Source: Leucoraja ocellata (taxonomy: Eukaryota). From it: 64,000 nt of DNA. Positions within the stretch are counted from its first letter, which is position 1; the number at the start of each line of letters is the position of its first letter. Shown here in pieces: positions 50,401 to 63,334 of the stretch. Location of the stretch: NCBI GenBank assembly GCA_036785375.1, contig JAWMAR010000424.1, positions 620,001 to 684,000 on the forward strand, written 5' to 3'. A model generated the notes under the pieces. It was not told the DNA's origin and ran no database searches. It saw nothing but the letters and a program-made list of their open reading frames with translations. The position numbers and the translations under genes are program-made.

Positions 50401-50655
50401 TGAGAATTTTGTTTTTCACTCAGAGAGCTGTGAATTTATGGAATTCCCTGCCACAGAGGGCAGTGGAGGCCAAATCACTGGATGGATTTAAGAGATAGTT
50501 AGATAGAGCTCTAGGGGCTAGTGGAGTCAAGGGATATGGGGAGAAGGCAGGCACGGGTTATTGATAGGGGACGATCAGCCATGATCGCAATGAATGACGG
50601 TGTTGGCTCGAAGGGCCGAATGGCCTCCTGCACCTATTTTCTATGTTTCTATGTT
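47487..50655 (+). mobile_element. CR1 LINE ORF2 with a nested CR1 3' end (about 48512-48705) and a Rex1 insertion
   Basis: ORF 47410-48345 closely matches the CR1 at about 120-610 in opposite orientation. RT motifs and a (ttctatgt)n tail. Confidence 0.9.
49020..49858 (+). mobile_element. Rex1/Babar-like LINE 3' fragment
   Basis: KFLGVHIT...KAQQRLHFLRR...IESILT...VWYG...LLPSGKRYR...NSFLPQAIRLLN. Tail (ctttga)n. Confidence 0.88.
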
Positions 50656-51229
50656 TCCAGATCCCAGAGGTCATCACAAAGCTGGTAAAACCTTACTTCC
50701 AGGACCTCCAGTTCTGCATCACAACACAGGACAACACCATCGCCTGGCAGCACCTTGAGGTAGGCATAATGGCAGGCTGTACCATTTCTCCGCTGGTTTT
50801 CATCATGGCAATGGAGCTCATCATTCAAGCATCACGATGGATGGTTGGAGGCAGGGCCGGATTTAGATGAAGAGAGGCCCTAAGCTATTTCACTTGTGAG
50901 GCCCCACCCACAATCCCCCACCCCCACAAACGAGGACCATGACTACCTGACAGTGACAGTGTGACACTTTTAGATCCTACTGTATGTTGTCATTAAACAG
51001 TTGGTTTTAATGGTTATTGGATTCACTGCGGAGCGGGCGATGCCTTACCTGGATTGCCATTTGAAGGTCTGGAGTGTTGGGCCTGCTGCTTCAACATCAT
51101 GGAGCTGTGGTTTGTTGAGCTCCCAGCCTCAGGCCGCGCTGATTTCAACATCGCGGAGCCCTGGGATCCCTTTGCCGAGGGCTGCCAGCGTGAATCTCCG
51201 CCCTGCTCAGCCTGTGGACTTCGGGTGGT

Positions 51230-53850
51230 GCGGGAGGGAAGAGAAGAATTGACCAGGGAGTTGCGGAGGGAGCGGTCTTTGCGGAAAGCATACGGGGGGG
51301 ATGGGAAGATGTGGCGATTAGAGGTGGTGAAACTGACGGAGGATTACTTGTTGTATGTGACGGCTGGTGGGGTGAAAGGTGAGGACTAGGAGAGAGCAGT
51401 GTTACGGGGTATGGAAGAGACCCCGGTGAGAGCCTCATCTATAGTAGGGGAGGGGAACCCCCGTTTCCTGAAGAAGGAGGACATTTCCGATGCCCTGGTG
51501 TGAATCACCTCATCCTGGGAGCAGATGCGGCGTAAACGGAGGAATTAGGAGTAGGGGATGGAGTCCTTACAGGAAGAAGTGTAGCCCAGATAGCCATGGG
51601 AGTCAGTGGGTTGATAGTGGATTCAGTCAAAAGTCTATCACCTGCAATGGAGATAGTGAGGTCAAGAAATGGTAGGGAAGTGTTGGAAATGGTCCAGGTG
51701 TATTTGAGTGCTGAATGGAAGCTAGTGGTGAAGCGGATTAAGTCAGTGAGTTGCATGTGAGGGCTGGAGGTGGCACCAAAGCAATCGTCGATGTAGCGGA
51801 GGTAGAGGTCGGGGATGGGGCCCTGGTACGCTTCGAACAAGGATTGTTTGACGTACCCGACAAAGAGGCAGACGTAGCTGGGGCCCATGCGCATGTCCAT
51901 AGCTACGCCTCGTATTTGGAGGAAATGGGAGGAGTCAAATGTAAAGTTGTTGAGGGTAAAGACCAACTCCGCTAGGCGGAGGAGAGTGTCAGTGGACGGG
52001 TATAGGTTGCTCCTCTGGTCGAGGAAGAACCGGATGGCTTTGAGACCATCCTGGTGGGGGATGGAGGTGTAGAGTGACTGGACATCCATGGTGAAGATGA
52101 GGGGGTGAGGGCCTAGAGAGTGGAATGCGTGGAGGCGGCGGAGAGTGTCTGAGGTGTCTAGAACATAGGTGGGAAGGGATTTGACCAAGGGGGATAGTAT
52201 GGAGTCAAGGTATGTGGAGATGAGTTCGGTGGGGCACGAACAGGCAGAGACAATGGGTCTACCGGGAGAGCCGGGTTTGTGGGTTTTGGGGAGAAGGTAA
52301 AATAGGGCCGTGCGGGGCTGGGGTTCGATGAGGTTGGAGGCTCGGAGGGGCAGGGAGTCGGGGTGGATGAAGCCAGTGATGGTGCTAGAGATAGTGGCCT
52401 GGTGCTCGTCTGTGGGGTCATGGTCCAAGGATAGGTAGGAGGAGATGGCGCGTGGCCTCAGCCTTGTAGAGGGGGGGGGGAGAGAGATTGGAGTGAGACG
52501 GGAGTGGAGAAGTTGAGGTGGTTGATGCCCCCCCGGCAGTTTTGGATAAAAAGATCTAAAGTCGGGGGGCCACGAGGGGGGTTCCACGAGGAGAGGGTTC
52601 GTTGGAGACGGGAAAAGGGATCATCAATAGGGGGCGAGGACTCATTCCCATGGAAGAACGCTGTGAGGCGGAGGCGACGGTAGAAGAGCTCCAAGTCGTG
52701 GTGGGCGCGGAACTCATTGAGGTGGGGACGGAGGGGGACAAAGGTACCACCTCTGCTGAGGACAGACCGTTCGGTGTCGGAGAGGAGGAGGTCACGGGGG
52801 GGATGAACACCCGGCAGGGTGGGGGTTGGGGTCGGAAGAAGGCAGGTGAGTGAACTGAGGACGAGGCTGATGTCTGGTGGGGAGGGTGGTGGGTGGTCAG
52901 GGTGTGTGTGTGAGTGGTGAGGAGCAGGGGTCACATAGTTTGAGGGGGAGGTGGAAGACCCAGTGGAACAGCCACTGAGGTTACCACGGTTAGGGAGACT
53001 AGCACTAGGACCCAGTGCAGTCAAACCAACAGGAGTGGGAATCAGCAGCATGGAGGCTTCCGGTCCGGTGCTGAGTCCAGGCTGCAGGTAAGGCAATGGC
53101 TGCAGGCTGATGGAGAACGGTGGAGTGGCCAGGGTCGGCAGACCCGGCAGTAGAGTCGGGGTCGGCGGGCAATTCGTGGTAGGTCCCGGTGGGCGGATGG
53201 TCGGTGGGGTGACGTGGTTCGGCCAGCCCGGTGAGGCGACGATGTTCGGTAAGTCCGATCCGGTGGCGATTTTGGATGGGCCCGGTGCGAAGGCAATGTT
53301 GGGTGGGCCCAGTGCGAGGTGGGTTGGCCAGGTGCGGCGGCGAGGTGGATAGGCCCCAGTGCAGATGCGAGGTGGATAGGCCCCAGTGCGGATGCGAGGT
53401 GGATAGGCCCCAGTGCGGATGCGAGGTGGATAGGCCCCAGTGCGGATGCGAGGTGGATAGGCCCCAGTGCGGATGCGAGGTGGATAGGCCCCAGTGCGGA
53501 TGCTAGGTGGGTGGGCCCCAGTGCAGATGCGAGGTGGATAGGCCCCAGTGCGGATGCGAGGTGGATAGGCCCCAGTGCAGATGCGAGGTGGATAGGCCCC
53601 AGTGCGGATGCGAGGTGGATAGGCCCCAGTGCGGATGCGAGGTGGATAGGCCCCAGTGCAGATGCGAGGTGGATAGGCCCCAGTGCGGATGCGAGGTGGG
53701 TGGGCCCCAGTGCAGATGCGAGGTGGGTGGGCCCCAGTGCGGATGCGAGGTGGGTGGGCCCCAGTGCGGATGCGAGGTGGGTGGGCCCCAGTCCGGTTGT
53801 GAGGTGGGTGGGCCCCCAGGTGCGGCGACGAGGTTCGGCGGGGGAAAAGG
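51230..53850 (-). mobile_element. Penelope-like element (RT region, frameshifted)
   Basis: FYLLPKTHKPGSPGRPIVS, FTMDVQSLYTSIP, GVAM..MGPSY and YLRYIDDCFG. Upstream ERSVLSRG.TF.P. Confidence 0.88.
53305..53830. repeat. 27-bp minisatellite, about 18 copies
   Basis: Unit GGCCCCAGTGCGGATGCGAGGTGGATA with GGGTG variants. Confidence 0.95.
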
Positions 53851-54054
53851 GTTAAATAAACTACATACCTTATGCTTTATCCTGCACTTACAATGATCCA
53901 AGGATCTGTGGAGCAAATTCCTCTCCACAACGAATATAAACCTCACCTGCATTTTAATCCCTCCCCTCCACACCATCGGAATCGCAAGCACAGCGCCACC
54001 GATGGTAGGTTTTGTAACAATGCCACTATCTCAAAAGTTTTATACACCTTGGTG

Positions 54055-55094
54055 TAGGTATGTTACAAAACCTACCTGAATCGTCATTGAGAATCTGCCC
54101 CACCCCGTGTCCGCGATTTTGGCGCTGTTTAGAGGGGGCGGGTTTAAAACGCGATTTTTACTAAGCTGTTGCAATCGAAAATGTGCAGCCTAGTAAATCA
54201 TTAACGGAAAATCGCTGAAAGACCCCGTCGCAAAAGGTATTATTAGTTTTTATTGCCCTGGTATAATAGTTATAGTAGTTTAAAAACCACTCTCTAAACA
54301 CGCGACCTCTCGCAGCCCCAGGGTTTTATAAAGCAAACAATTAAAGGTATGTACCTTATTTTTACATTAAAAGGGGCTTCTTAAGAACCCTGTATATAAT
54401 GTTTTCTATAGCGAATAGTTCATTTTGGGCTCTTTATATCCCGCAGTATTTTTCTGGGCATTTGGGGGCACAAATCCACTGCAATGTGAACGTTCTAAAC
54501 CAGCGCGTTCTCAGGAACCGACTAGAAAGCGGATTTAAATTGACTTTAATTTACAGCAATTGAACACTAAATTCCTTCCATTTGGCCTATAAATTGATGT
54601 AAATGAGATTTAAAAATCATGTTTTATTGTGAATTATTTGTGAATATTATTTGGACACTTGGGCTATTTAAAAATGTTAATCATTTATTAAGAAATGGAT
54701 AGATGTTTAGATCTAGTAATTGAAGTTTGAAATTAGCTACAATTGGGTAACTAACTAATTATATGCTTTAATTTCAGGTCCTCCAAGTAAGATTATTTTA
54801 TATTTGTTTCAGAATGGTTCAATCTATGATAACTGAAAATTTCATTCAGTTCTCTTAATTTTTAAGAAGGTTATGGGCTTTTGACTGTCCTCGATCACAG
54901 CTTTTTTGTTATGTTCATAGAAAATCAATAGGGAACAAGATGCTAATTTCCGGGTATGAAAATGGCCATAACATTTTTATTACTTGAGATATGAAAGTGA
55001 ATTAGGTGTCAAATTAAACTTATTGTTATGCTTTATCTGATGGGATAAATTGCAGACTTGATTTTTTAAATCTCAAAATTTTGTAACATTGCTA
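54055..55094. mobile_element. Non-autonomous TIR element, TAG...CTA termini, superfamily unresolved
   Basis: Ends TAGGTATGTTACAAAA and TTTTGTAACATTGCTA, flanked by the direct repeat CTTGGTG (54048-54 and 55095-101). Confidence 0.75.
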
Positions 55095-57114
55095 CTTGGT
55101 GGAGTGAGCAGAGGCCCCCCTAGATCTCGAAGCCCTGAGCTTAAGCTTGTCTAGCTTATACGTAAATCCAGCCCTGGTCGGAGGGGAACGCTTGAAGAGC
55201 GGGCTGCGTCTTCCTCCAATCCGGGCGTACATGGATGACATGACCACAATAACAACAACAAAAGCCTGCTGGATAAACTCCAGGAAAACATCAAATGGGC
55301 ACGAATGGAGATTAAACCCAGCAAATCATGCAGCATTTCCATCGTCAAAGGCCGACTCACCGATGAAAGGTTCCGCATCAATAACGAGACAATACCAACT
55401 GTCCTGGAGAAGCGTGTCAAAAGCCTCGGGCGATGGTACACCGCATACCTCAAGGATGCAGAGCAGGTGGAACAACTCAGGCAGGATACAATCAGTGGCC
55501 TCAAGCAAATCAACAACACTGTTCTCCCAGGGAAGCTGAAGCTTTGGTGCCTACAATATGGTCTACTGCCCCGACTCATGTGGCCAATGACCATCTACGA
55601 GGTCACTTTATCCCATGTCAACCAGCTGGAGAGACTGGTGAACTCACAAGTGAGGAAGTGGCTTGGGCTACTGAGATGCCTCAGCAGCATAGGGCGCTAT
55701 GGGAATGGAGCCCTCTCACTGCCAGTCTCAAGCCCGGTGGAGGAATATAAATGTGCCAAAGTGAGGCTGGACATGACACTAACAGAATCCTGGGACCCAA
55801 TAATAAGAAGTGTCGCTCCAACCCTAGCAACATTGAAGAAATGGACTCCAGCATCAGTGGTACTGGACACAAAATCCGCCCTCCGACACCGGGACACAGT
55901 GGGCCCTGTACAACAAGGCCGAGGGGGCTTTGGCCTGGGAGCAATGAAACATACCTGGCAAAAGGCGACTCCAGCGGAACGTCGGCACCTGGTGGTGGAG
56001 GAGGTGCGCCACCAGGAAGAAGCAGCCAGGTGTGCTAAAGCTATGTCCCAGGCCAAACAAGGCCGCTGTATGAGGTGGGATGGCGTTGAGAAGAGGAAGA
56101 TCACATGGAGAGAGCTGTGGACCATGGAGTCAAATAAGTTGAGCTTCATTATCTGAGCCACATATGACGTCCTTCCCTCTCCCACAAACCTAAATCTTTA
56201 GCTGGGAGAGGATCCAGCCTGCCCCCTGTGTGCAGTTCCAGCAAACCTCAAGCACATCCTGGTCGGTTGTATGACCAGCCTAACACAAGGCAGATACACC
56301 TGGCGACACAACCAGGTGCTGAGCTGTTTGGCAGCTGAACCCTAGTGCAAGAAAATTACCACCAACGCCATGCCTATCAATGCCCAGATAACATTCCCGC
56401 AAATACCGACCTTCATCCGGGAAGGAGAGAAACGGAGGACTAATCCCTCGCCTCTTAACTCATGCCCACTGAATGCAGCCAAGGACTGGGAAATGCGTGT
56501 TGACCTAGGCCAAAGGCTTTCGTTCCCAGTTGAAATCGCAGTTACCAACCTGTGACCAGACCTCGTTCTCTGGTCCAACTTCTGTCGGTGTGTTTCCATC
56601 ATTGAGCTGACGGTCCCCTGGGCGGAGGCTGTGGAAGAGGCTAATAAAAGTAAAAGGCTTCGATCTTCAAACCTTGCAGCAGAGGCAGAGGAGAGAGGTT
56701 GGAGTGTAAATGTGTGTCCAGTGGAGGTGGGGTGCAGGGGCTTTGTACATAGTTCCATCGCAAGGCTCCTGAGGGAAGTAGGAGTCAAAGGACAGGCACA
56801 AAGGAGGGCAATAAAAGAACTTGCCAATGCCGCCAAACGGAGCAGTCACTGGCTGAAGAGAAAAGATGCTGTCTGGGCTGCCACGTGGCCATCTAGAGGC
56901 TAACCATAAGACACACACCCAGGTCTGATCACCTTGCGGTGGGCCTGCCTCGACTGAGGGTGTCGTGATAAAAGGCCAAAACACCCAGTGACGTTGAGGT
57001 ACACAATTGGAGATGGGTCTGAATGGGCAAATTCACCTAGTAGTCATCCCCAAGAATATCAATTGGAGTGAAAAACCTTAGGGATTGTAACATGCAGTCC
57101 TACTAATCAATCAT

Positions 57115-58372
57115 GATGAGGTGCTTCGAGCGACTAGTCAAAACTCACATCTGCTCTCTCACTGACACCTTGGACCCTCTTCAGTTTGTGTATAGACCAA
57201 CAGGGCCATGGACTATGCCATCACCATGGCAACACACACTGCGCTCACCCACCTGGACAAAGGGAATACATATGTGAGAATGCTCTTCATTGACTGCAGC
57301 TCGGCATTCAACACTATCATTCCCTCAAAACTCCTCCCCAAGCTCTTTGATCTTGGACTGGAGACCTCCATCTGCGGCTGGATATTCGACTTCCTGACGG
57401 GCAGGCGCCAGGTGGTGAGAATTGGCAGCCACACCTCTTCCTCACTGACCTTCAACACAGGCACATCACGGGGCTGTGTGCTGAGTCCTCTCCTGTACTC
57501 CCTGTTCACGCACGACTGTACTGTTATCACAGCTCTAACATCATCTGAAAGTTTGCTGAAGACACGACCATCCTGGGCCTCATCACAGACAATAATGAGA
57601 CGGCGTATAGAGAGCAGGTAAAGCCACTAAACAGCTGGTGCCAGGAAAATAACCTCTCTCTCAATGTCAGCAAAACAAAAGAGATGATCGTGGACTACAG
57701 GTGACAGCAGGGGAGTGGACACCTCCCCATCCACATCGGTGATTCTGAGGTTGAAAGGGTCAGCAGCTTCAAGTTCCTCGGTGTGCACATCACTGAGGAC
57801 CCCTCTTAGACACTGCACATGGACACAATAACTAAGAAAGCCCGCCAGCAGCTCCTTTTCCTGAGAAGACTGAGGAAGTTTGGCATGGACGCCAGCATCC
57901 TCACAAACCTCTACAGTTGCACCATCGCGAGTCTGCTGACGGGCTCCATCACAGTCTGGTACGGGAACTGTTCTGCCCACTGACGCAAATCACTACAGAG
58001 ACTGGTGAAGGTGGCACAGCACAGCACTGGCAACTGTCTCCCGGCCATTCAGGACATTTTCCATAGGCGGAATGCTCTTGTTACCATCAAGTAAATGATA
58101 TAGGAGCATGGCTGCACGTACCACCAGACTTAAGAACAGTTTTTATCATCAGGCCATCGGGCTTCTGAACTCATAAACACATCATATATGTTGATTCTTT
58201 TATTTTTTTTAATTATTGTCTTTTACTTACCAATGTCACTTTTATCTTATCTTTTTTAATCTTATTTTTATCCTTGTATTATCATTGTTGAGGTGACCTG
58301 TTGCCTTGTCTAACACATTTCATTGTACCGTTGCCCCTGTGTTAACCTACATATGACAAATGAAACTGAACT
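57115..58372 (+). mobile_element. Rex1/Babar-like LINE (RT, decayed)
   Basis: [29 protein letters not shown]...[16 protein letters not shown]. Confidence 0.88.
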
Positions 58373-59934
58373 GGTTTCCTAAGGATGCAGATATTGTATT
58401 TTACAATAAACAGATCACCTCCCTCAGATATTGTTGCATAAAGCCGCATTACATTAATTTATTCTTTAATATGTTTGTCAGGAAATATCTCCACCCCTGT
58501 GATCATTGAAGCAACAAGTTATACCCTGTTATACTACACCAGCATGGGCACGCCTCAAAACACATTCCAACTTGTCATATTATGAAAACAGTATCGATTT
58601 TGACAGCTCATAAACATTCCAAGGTTGTAATCTGTCAAAAGATTTGTATTTCTTTAATAAAGATCTCTCATGGTTTATTGTATTATATAAACTATATACC
58701 ATGGACATGTGCAACACTAGAGGGCGTAGCATTAAGGTGAAAGGGGGAAAGTTTAAAGGAGATGTGTGGTACAGGCTTTTTACACGAAGGTTGGTGGAGG
58801 ACTGGAAGCTGTTGCCACGGGTGGTGCTGGAGGCAGATACTACAGTGGAGAGGCTTTGAATAGGCACATGGAAGTGGAGGGAATGGAGGGATATGGATCA
58901 TGTGCAGGCAGAGAAATCGGTTCAGCTGTGCATCATGTTTGGCACAAACACTGTGGGCCGGAGGTCTCATTCCTGTGGATGCTCTATGATTGATTACAGC
59001 CAGGTTTCCATCATTCTCTGCAAGTTGGCTGTTAGTAGAGTTGCACAATAACCCATGGAGGATGGCAGTGCATATACTGTACTAGTATTGGTTTATTATT
59101 GTCATTGTGCAGTGTAAAGCATTTGTTTGCATGCTAATCCAGTCAGATCAGATTAATTGTACTGCAGGAGGCTGAGGGGTGATTTTATAGAGATGTATAA
59201 ATTCAAGAGAGGAATAGATCAGGTAAATGCACAGAGGCTCTTGCCCAGAGGAGTGGAATCGAGAACTAAAGGACATAGGTGAAGGGGAAAAGATTTAATA
59301 GGAATCTGAGGGATAACTTTTTCCCACAAAAGGGTGTATGGAACTAGCTGCCAGAGGAGGCAGTTGAGGCAGGGACCATCCCAACATTTAAGAAACTAAC
59401 AGGTACAAGGAAAGGACAGGTTTGGAGGGATATGGACCAAACACGGGCACGTGGGACTAGCGTTGCTGGGACATGTTGGCGGTGTGGGCAAGTTGGGCCG
59501 AAGGGCCCGTTTCCACACTGTATCATTCTATGAGTCTATGATCAGCAATCACTTGTACACTAGTTCAATCCTAGACACTAGGGGAAATTTACAGAAGCCA
59601 ATTAACCTGCATATCTGGGATGTGGGAGGAAACTGGAGCACCTGGAGAAAACCCATGCTGTCACAGGGAGAATGTACAAAATACACACACAGACAGCACC
59701 CGAGGTCAGGATCGAACCTGGGCCGCTGTCACTGTGAGGCAGCAGCTCTACCTGCTGTGCTGCACTGTATACTTACTTCCTTCAACTTTCAATAGTGTGT
59801 AGGGAGTGGATGACGTAGAACTCGTGTGAATGGGTGATCGACGGTTGGCATTAACTTGGTGGGTGGAAAGACATGTTTCCATGCTGTATCTCTAAACTAA
59901 ACTAAATGTTACCTGTGACAATTACTCAGTAACT

Positions 59935-60720
59935 CATTTCCCTGGTTATCTCATCCCTTCCCACGCAATCCGCCCCCTCCCTAGCTTTCTTCCCCTGCAA
60001 TCGCAGGAGATGCAACACCTGTCTCTACACCTCATTCCCTGACTCAGTCCAGGGACCACGGCAGTCCTTCCAGGTGAGGCAGAGGTCCACTTGCACATCC
60101 TCCAACCTCATCTACTGTATCCATTGATCAAGTTGTGAACTCTTATTCATTGGCGAGACCAAACATAGACTGGGCGATCGTTTCGCTGAACACCTTCACT
60201 CAGCCTGACTGAACCTACCTGATCTCCCAGTTGCTGGACACGTTACTGCTCCTTTCCATTCCGACACAGACCTTTCTGTCCTAGGATTCCTCCATTGTCG
60301 GAGCGAGGCTAAACGCAAATTGGAGGAACAGCATCCCATATTTCCTTGGGTATTCAGTGGTACGAATTTTGATTTCTCTAATCTCAAGAAACCCTTGCAA
60401 CCCCTCTCTCTCTGTCCTTCCCCCACCCAAGTCATTGCACTCGCTTCAGTCATCTTGATGAGTCTCATTGTGTGTCATTCATTTTCACCTTGCTTACAGG
60501 TAATACTTTCCTTTAGCATTGTCACTTTTTTCCATATTTTTCATTAATTTCTTCTCTATCTCTCTATATTATCATCTACATCTCTCGTTACCCTCTGAAG
60601 AAAGGTCTCCACCCGAATCGTCACCTGCTCCTTTTTTCCAGAGATGCTGTTTGACACAAAATGCTGGAGTAACCACATTGAATTACTCAGTTTAAACCAG
60701 CATCTGCAGTTCCTTCATAC
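59935..60720 (+). mobile_element. Penelope GIY-YIG/3'-end remnant with a degenerate hammerhead at about 60595-60625
   Basis: Homologous to about 3600-4040 and 4815-4950. Confidence 0.75.
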
Positions 60721-62717
60721 ACACTCTGTCTTACCCGCTGAGTCACTTTTTGTGTCTATTCTTGGATTAAGCCAGCATCTGCAGTTCCTTCTGACATTTT
60801 GTCTATGAGATCAACCTTCATCCTCCTGCGCTCCAAGGAATAGTCCCATCCTGCTCAACACCTCCCGATAGTTCAGATCCTCGAGTACAGGCATCATCCT
60901 CGTAAATCCTCTCTATATCCTTTCCAGCTTTACAGCATATTTTGTGTTCACATTCTTTATTTCAATTTCACACAATTTCATTCACACTCTTCAGCAAATG
61001 TGAATTATGCAACAAGACATAAACAACAATTAGACATCGACTAGTGAATAGCAAGTGCCATTTGCACCAATAAAATAGACCAGGCCAATAATCACTCCAA
61101 GAACAGGGAATGTAACCATTACATTTTGTCAATGAACACCATTACCACCATTGATTTCCCTACCATCATGGATATCACCATGGACAAGAAACGTAACCCA
61201 TATAAATATTATAGGCACAAGAGCAGGCCAGAGGCTGTGGTGAATCATGCACCTCCTGATTACTGTGAAGGCTTCTTCATTATATACAATGCACATAGGA
61301 TACTTGCATGGATGAGTGCAGCACTAATAGCTCTGTCCTCTGTTAAATGCAGACTTTCAGAGGATCATGCACAACGTTACAAAGGTCAGTTCTAACAGAA
61401 TATAATTTCAATTATCGAAGTGACTGTTAACTATTTCAAGCTAACTTAGGGGGCCTCAAGGCAAACAAATCTTAGGGTCTTCCTGTGAAATTTCACAGAG
61501 TTAGCAACATTCTTCTTTGCTAAAGCACAGCGAGTGTATGCACAGCTCCTCTCGTGACTAGAATCACATTCATGGTGCCTACACTGGCTGTTCAATGATT
61601 AATAATAACTTCACAGCTTAGGAGTTTAAGTTTAGTTTTAATGTTGTCATGTGTATTGAGGTACATTGAAAAGCTTCTTGTTTTTACTTTGTCTTCATCC
61701 GTTTCTTTTCCATAGATTTCAGGGTAATCAGGGACAGAAATCTTATCAAGATGACTGAAATCCTTTCATCATAAATTGTTGTTTTTGAAGGTATCACAAA
61801 ACTGTGAATCGGTGAATCGGTGAAAACCGCTACAGATGGCAGTGGAGGCCAAGTCTTTGGGTATTTTTAAAGCAGAGATTAACAGGTTCTTGATTAGTAA
61901 ATGTGTAAAAGGTTACGGGGTGAAGGCAGGGAGAGAGTGAAAGATGTATCAACCAGGATTGAATGGCGGAGTGGAATTGATGGGCCAAATGGCCTAATTC
62001 TGCTCCCATATGTATGAACTCTGGGAAGTAGCCAAATCTGAGAGAGTTATTAAAGGAGATGGCATGTATATATAAGGCTTCACAGCTTTAATAGACATTT
62101 TACTGTCCTCCTGACTGAGAGGACTAAAACAGTTCATATGCATTACCGAATTTACAAAATGCTGCAGTAACTCAGCGGGACAGGCAGCATCTCTGAACAG
62201 AAGGAAGGGGAGATGTTTCGTTTTGAGACCGTTCTTCAGACTTCTTCTTCTTCTTATGCATTACTCATGGTTTTATTTTCAATCCAAATAGCTGGTGGGA
62301 AATAAGTGGATAGAAACCTGGGGAAATTGCCAGTAGTTTTGATTGCCTTGATGAATGAAGCCATGATAACAAACTATTTTTCAATGAGGATGTTACGAGC
62401 ATTTTGCAGGAGTTCAAGGAAATGCAGTGTCTCATTAATAAAGACGTATAGGAAAAAAATCACTTTTCTTTCAAATGTACACATGATACCAATAGACTAT
62501 GCTATTATTAACATTCATCCATATTTTGCAGGCCATAAATTTGTATAATTTATGCAAATTATTAATCAGTCAATTATTTGATTGGAAGAGCATAAAACAG
62601 TTAAACAGCCCAAAGTTAATTTCAGCTATATTAATCCCAAAATTCTGGTATTGTCTCCAATCTTTATGTTATCTGAAATTACAGGCAACCAAATACTGGA
62701 ATTAAAAATGTTAAATG

Positions 62718-62838
62718 TTACAAATTATAAATTTGTTTCAGCAAAGAAACAGAATCCTCCTCTTCTACAATGTTTCTACTCTTTTCTCCTTGAATATTTA
62801 CCTGGCTTTCCCTTGTATGCATATATACTGCTGGGTGA
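62718..62838 (-). CDS. Candidate terminal coding exon of an unidentified convergent gene
   Basis: Pyrimidine-rich acceptor ...gatactttacag|T, then an open frame HPAVYMHTRESQVNIQGEKSRNIVEEEDSVSLLKQIYNL*. It is followed by about 1.8 kb of mostly unique AT-rich DNA ending in AATAAA (60956-61, - strand). Confidence 0.3.
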
Positions 62839-63265
62839 CTGTAAAGTATCTAAAGTTATGTGAAGTAAAGAGGCAAAGATAACGTAGACAGTCAGAAGCT
62901 TTATCTGTCAGTGGAAAAGACTAGAGGTTGAGGGAAAGCTGAGCAAATTGTTTACACAAAGAATGGTGGGTGCCTTGAACACCCTGCCGGGGTGGTGTGG
63001 AGACAGATATGATAATAGTATTGAGGAGGTTTTTAGATAAGCACGTGGATATGTAGAGAATGGAGGCATATGGATCATGTACTTATTTATTCCACTTTTT
63101 CTGCAAGGACATAACAGCTAATTAAACAGAAAGTTCTCTGAAAGACAGTTGTATATGCCATTGTGTAAATTCTACAATTTATTCCTTCATCAAAGGGATC
63201 AACAAGTTTAAATTCTCTGCAGACAAATTCAATTCAAGGTTAATTCAAGATCAGAAATATACTAC

Positions 63266-63295
63266 CTATACAATTCTGGAAACGGTGTATTTTGT
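63266..63295 (-). CDS. Candidate 30-nt microexon of the same convergent gene
   Basis: tactaatttgtag|ACAAAATACACCGTTTCCAGAATTGTATAG|gtagta. Phase-compatible with 62718-62838 (QNTPFPELYS). Confidence 0.22.
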   Translation of the reverse strand, partial: TKYTVSRIV

Positions 63296-63334
63296 CTACA
63301 AATTAGTAATAAAGTACCACCAAATGGTACTTTA

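Larger units (their letters stand above)
50852..55176. mobile_element. Non-autonomous hAT element carrying nested insertions
   Basis: TIRs CAGGGCCGGATTTA and TAAATCCAGCCCTG, with an 8-bp TSD GTTGGAGG/GTCGGAGG. Confidence 0.85.
50657..57112 (+). mobile_element. 5'-truncated RLE-type non-LTR retrotransposon (HERO-clade-like), split by a hAT insertion
   Basis: GIMAGCTISPL...WMVGG|ERLKSGLRLPPIRAYMDDMT. CCHC knuckle CPLCAVPANLKHILVGC. Restriction-like endonuclease PDLVLWS...IIELTVPW. Confidence 0.82.

Noticed and set aside
53305-53830. CRISPR-like array or repeat protein
   Set aside because: The units are contiguous with no unique spacers and the context is eukaryotic. The open frames follow from the 27-bp period.
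58482-58585. Phase-1 acceptor giving GNISTPVIIEATSYTLLYY... with a TxYxxL-like motif as a distal tail exon
   Set aside because: It lies 31 kb beyond an in-frame stop, is short and has no other support, so it is probably chance.
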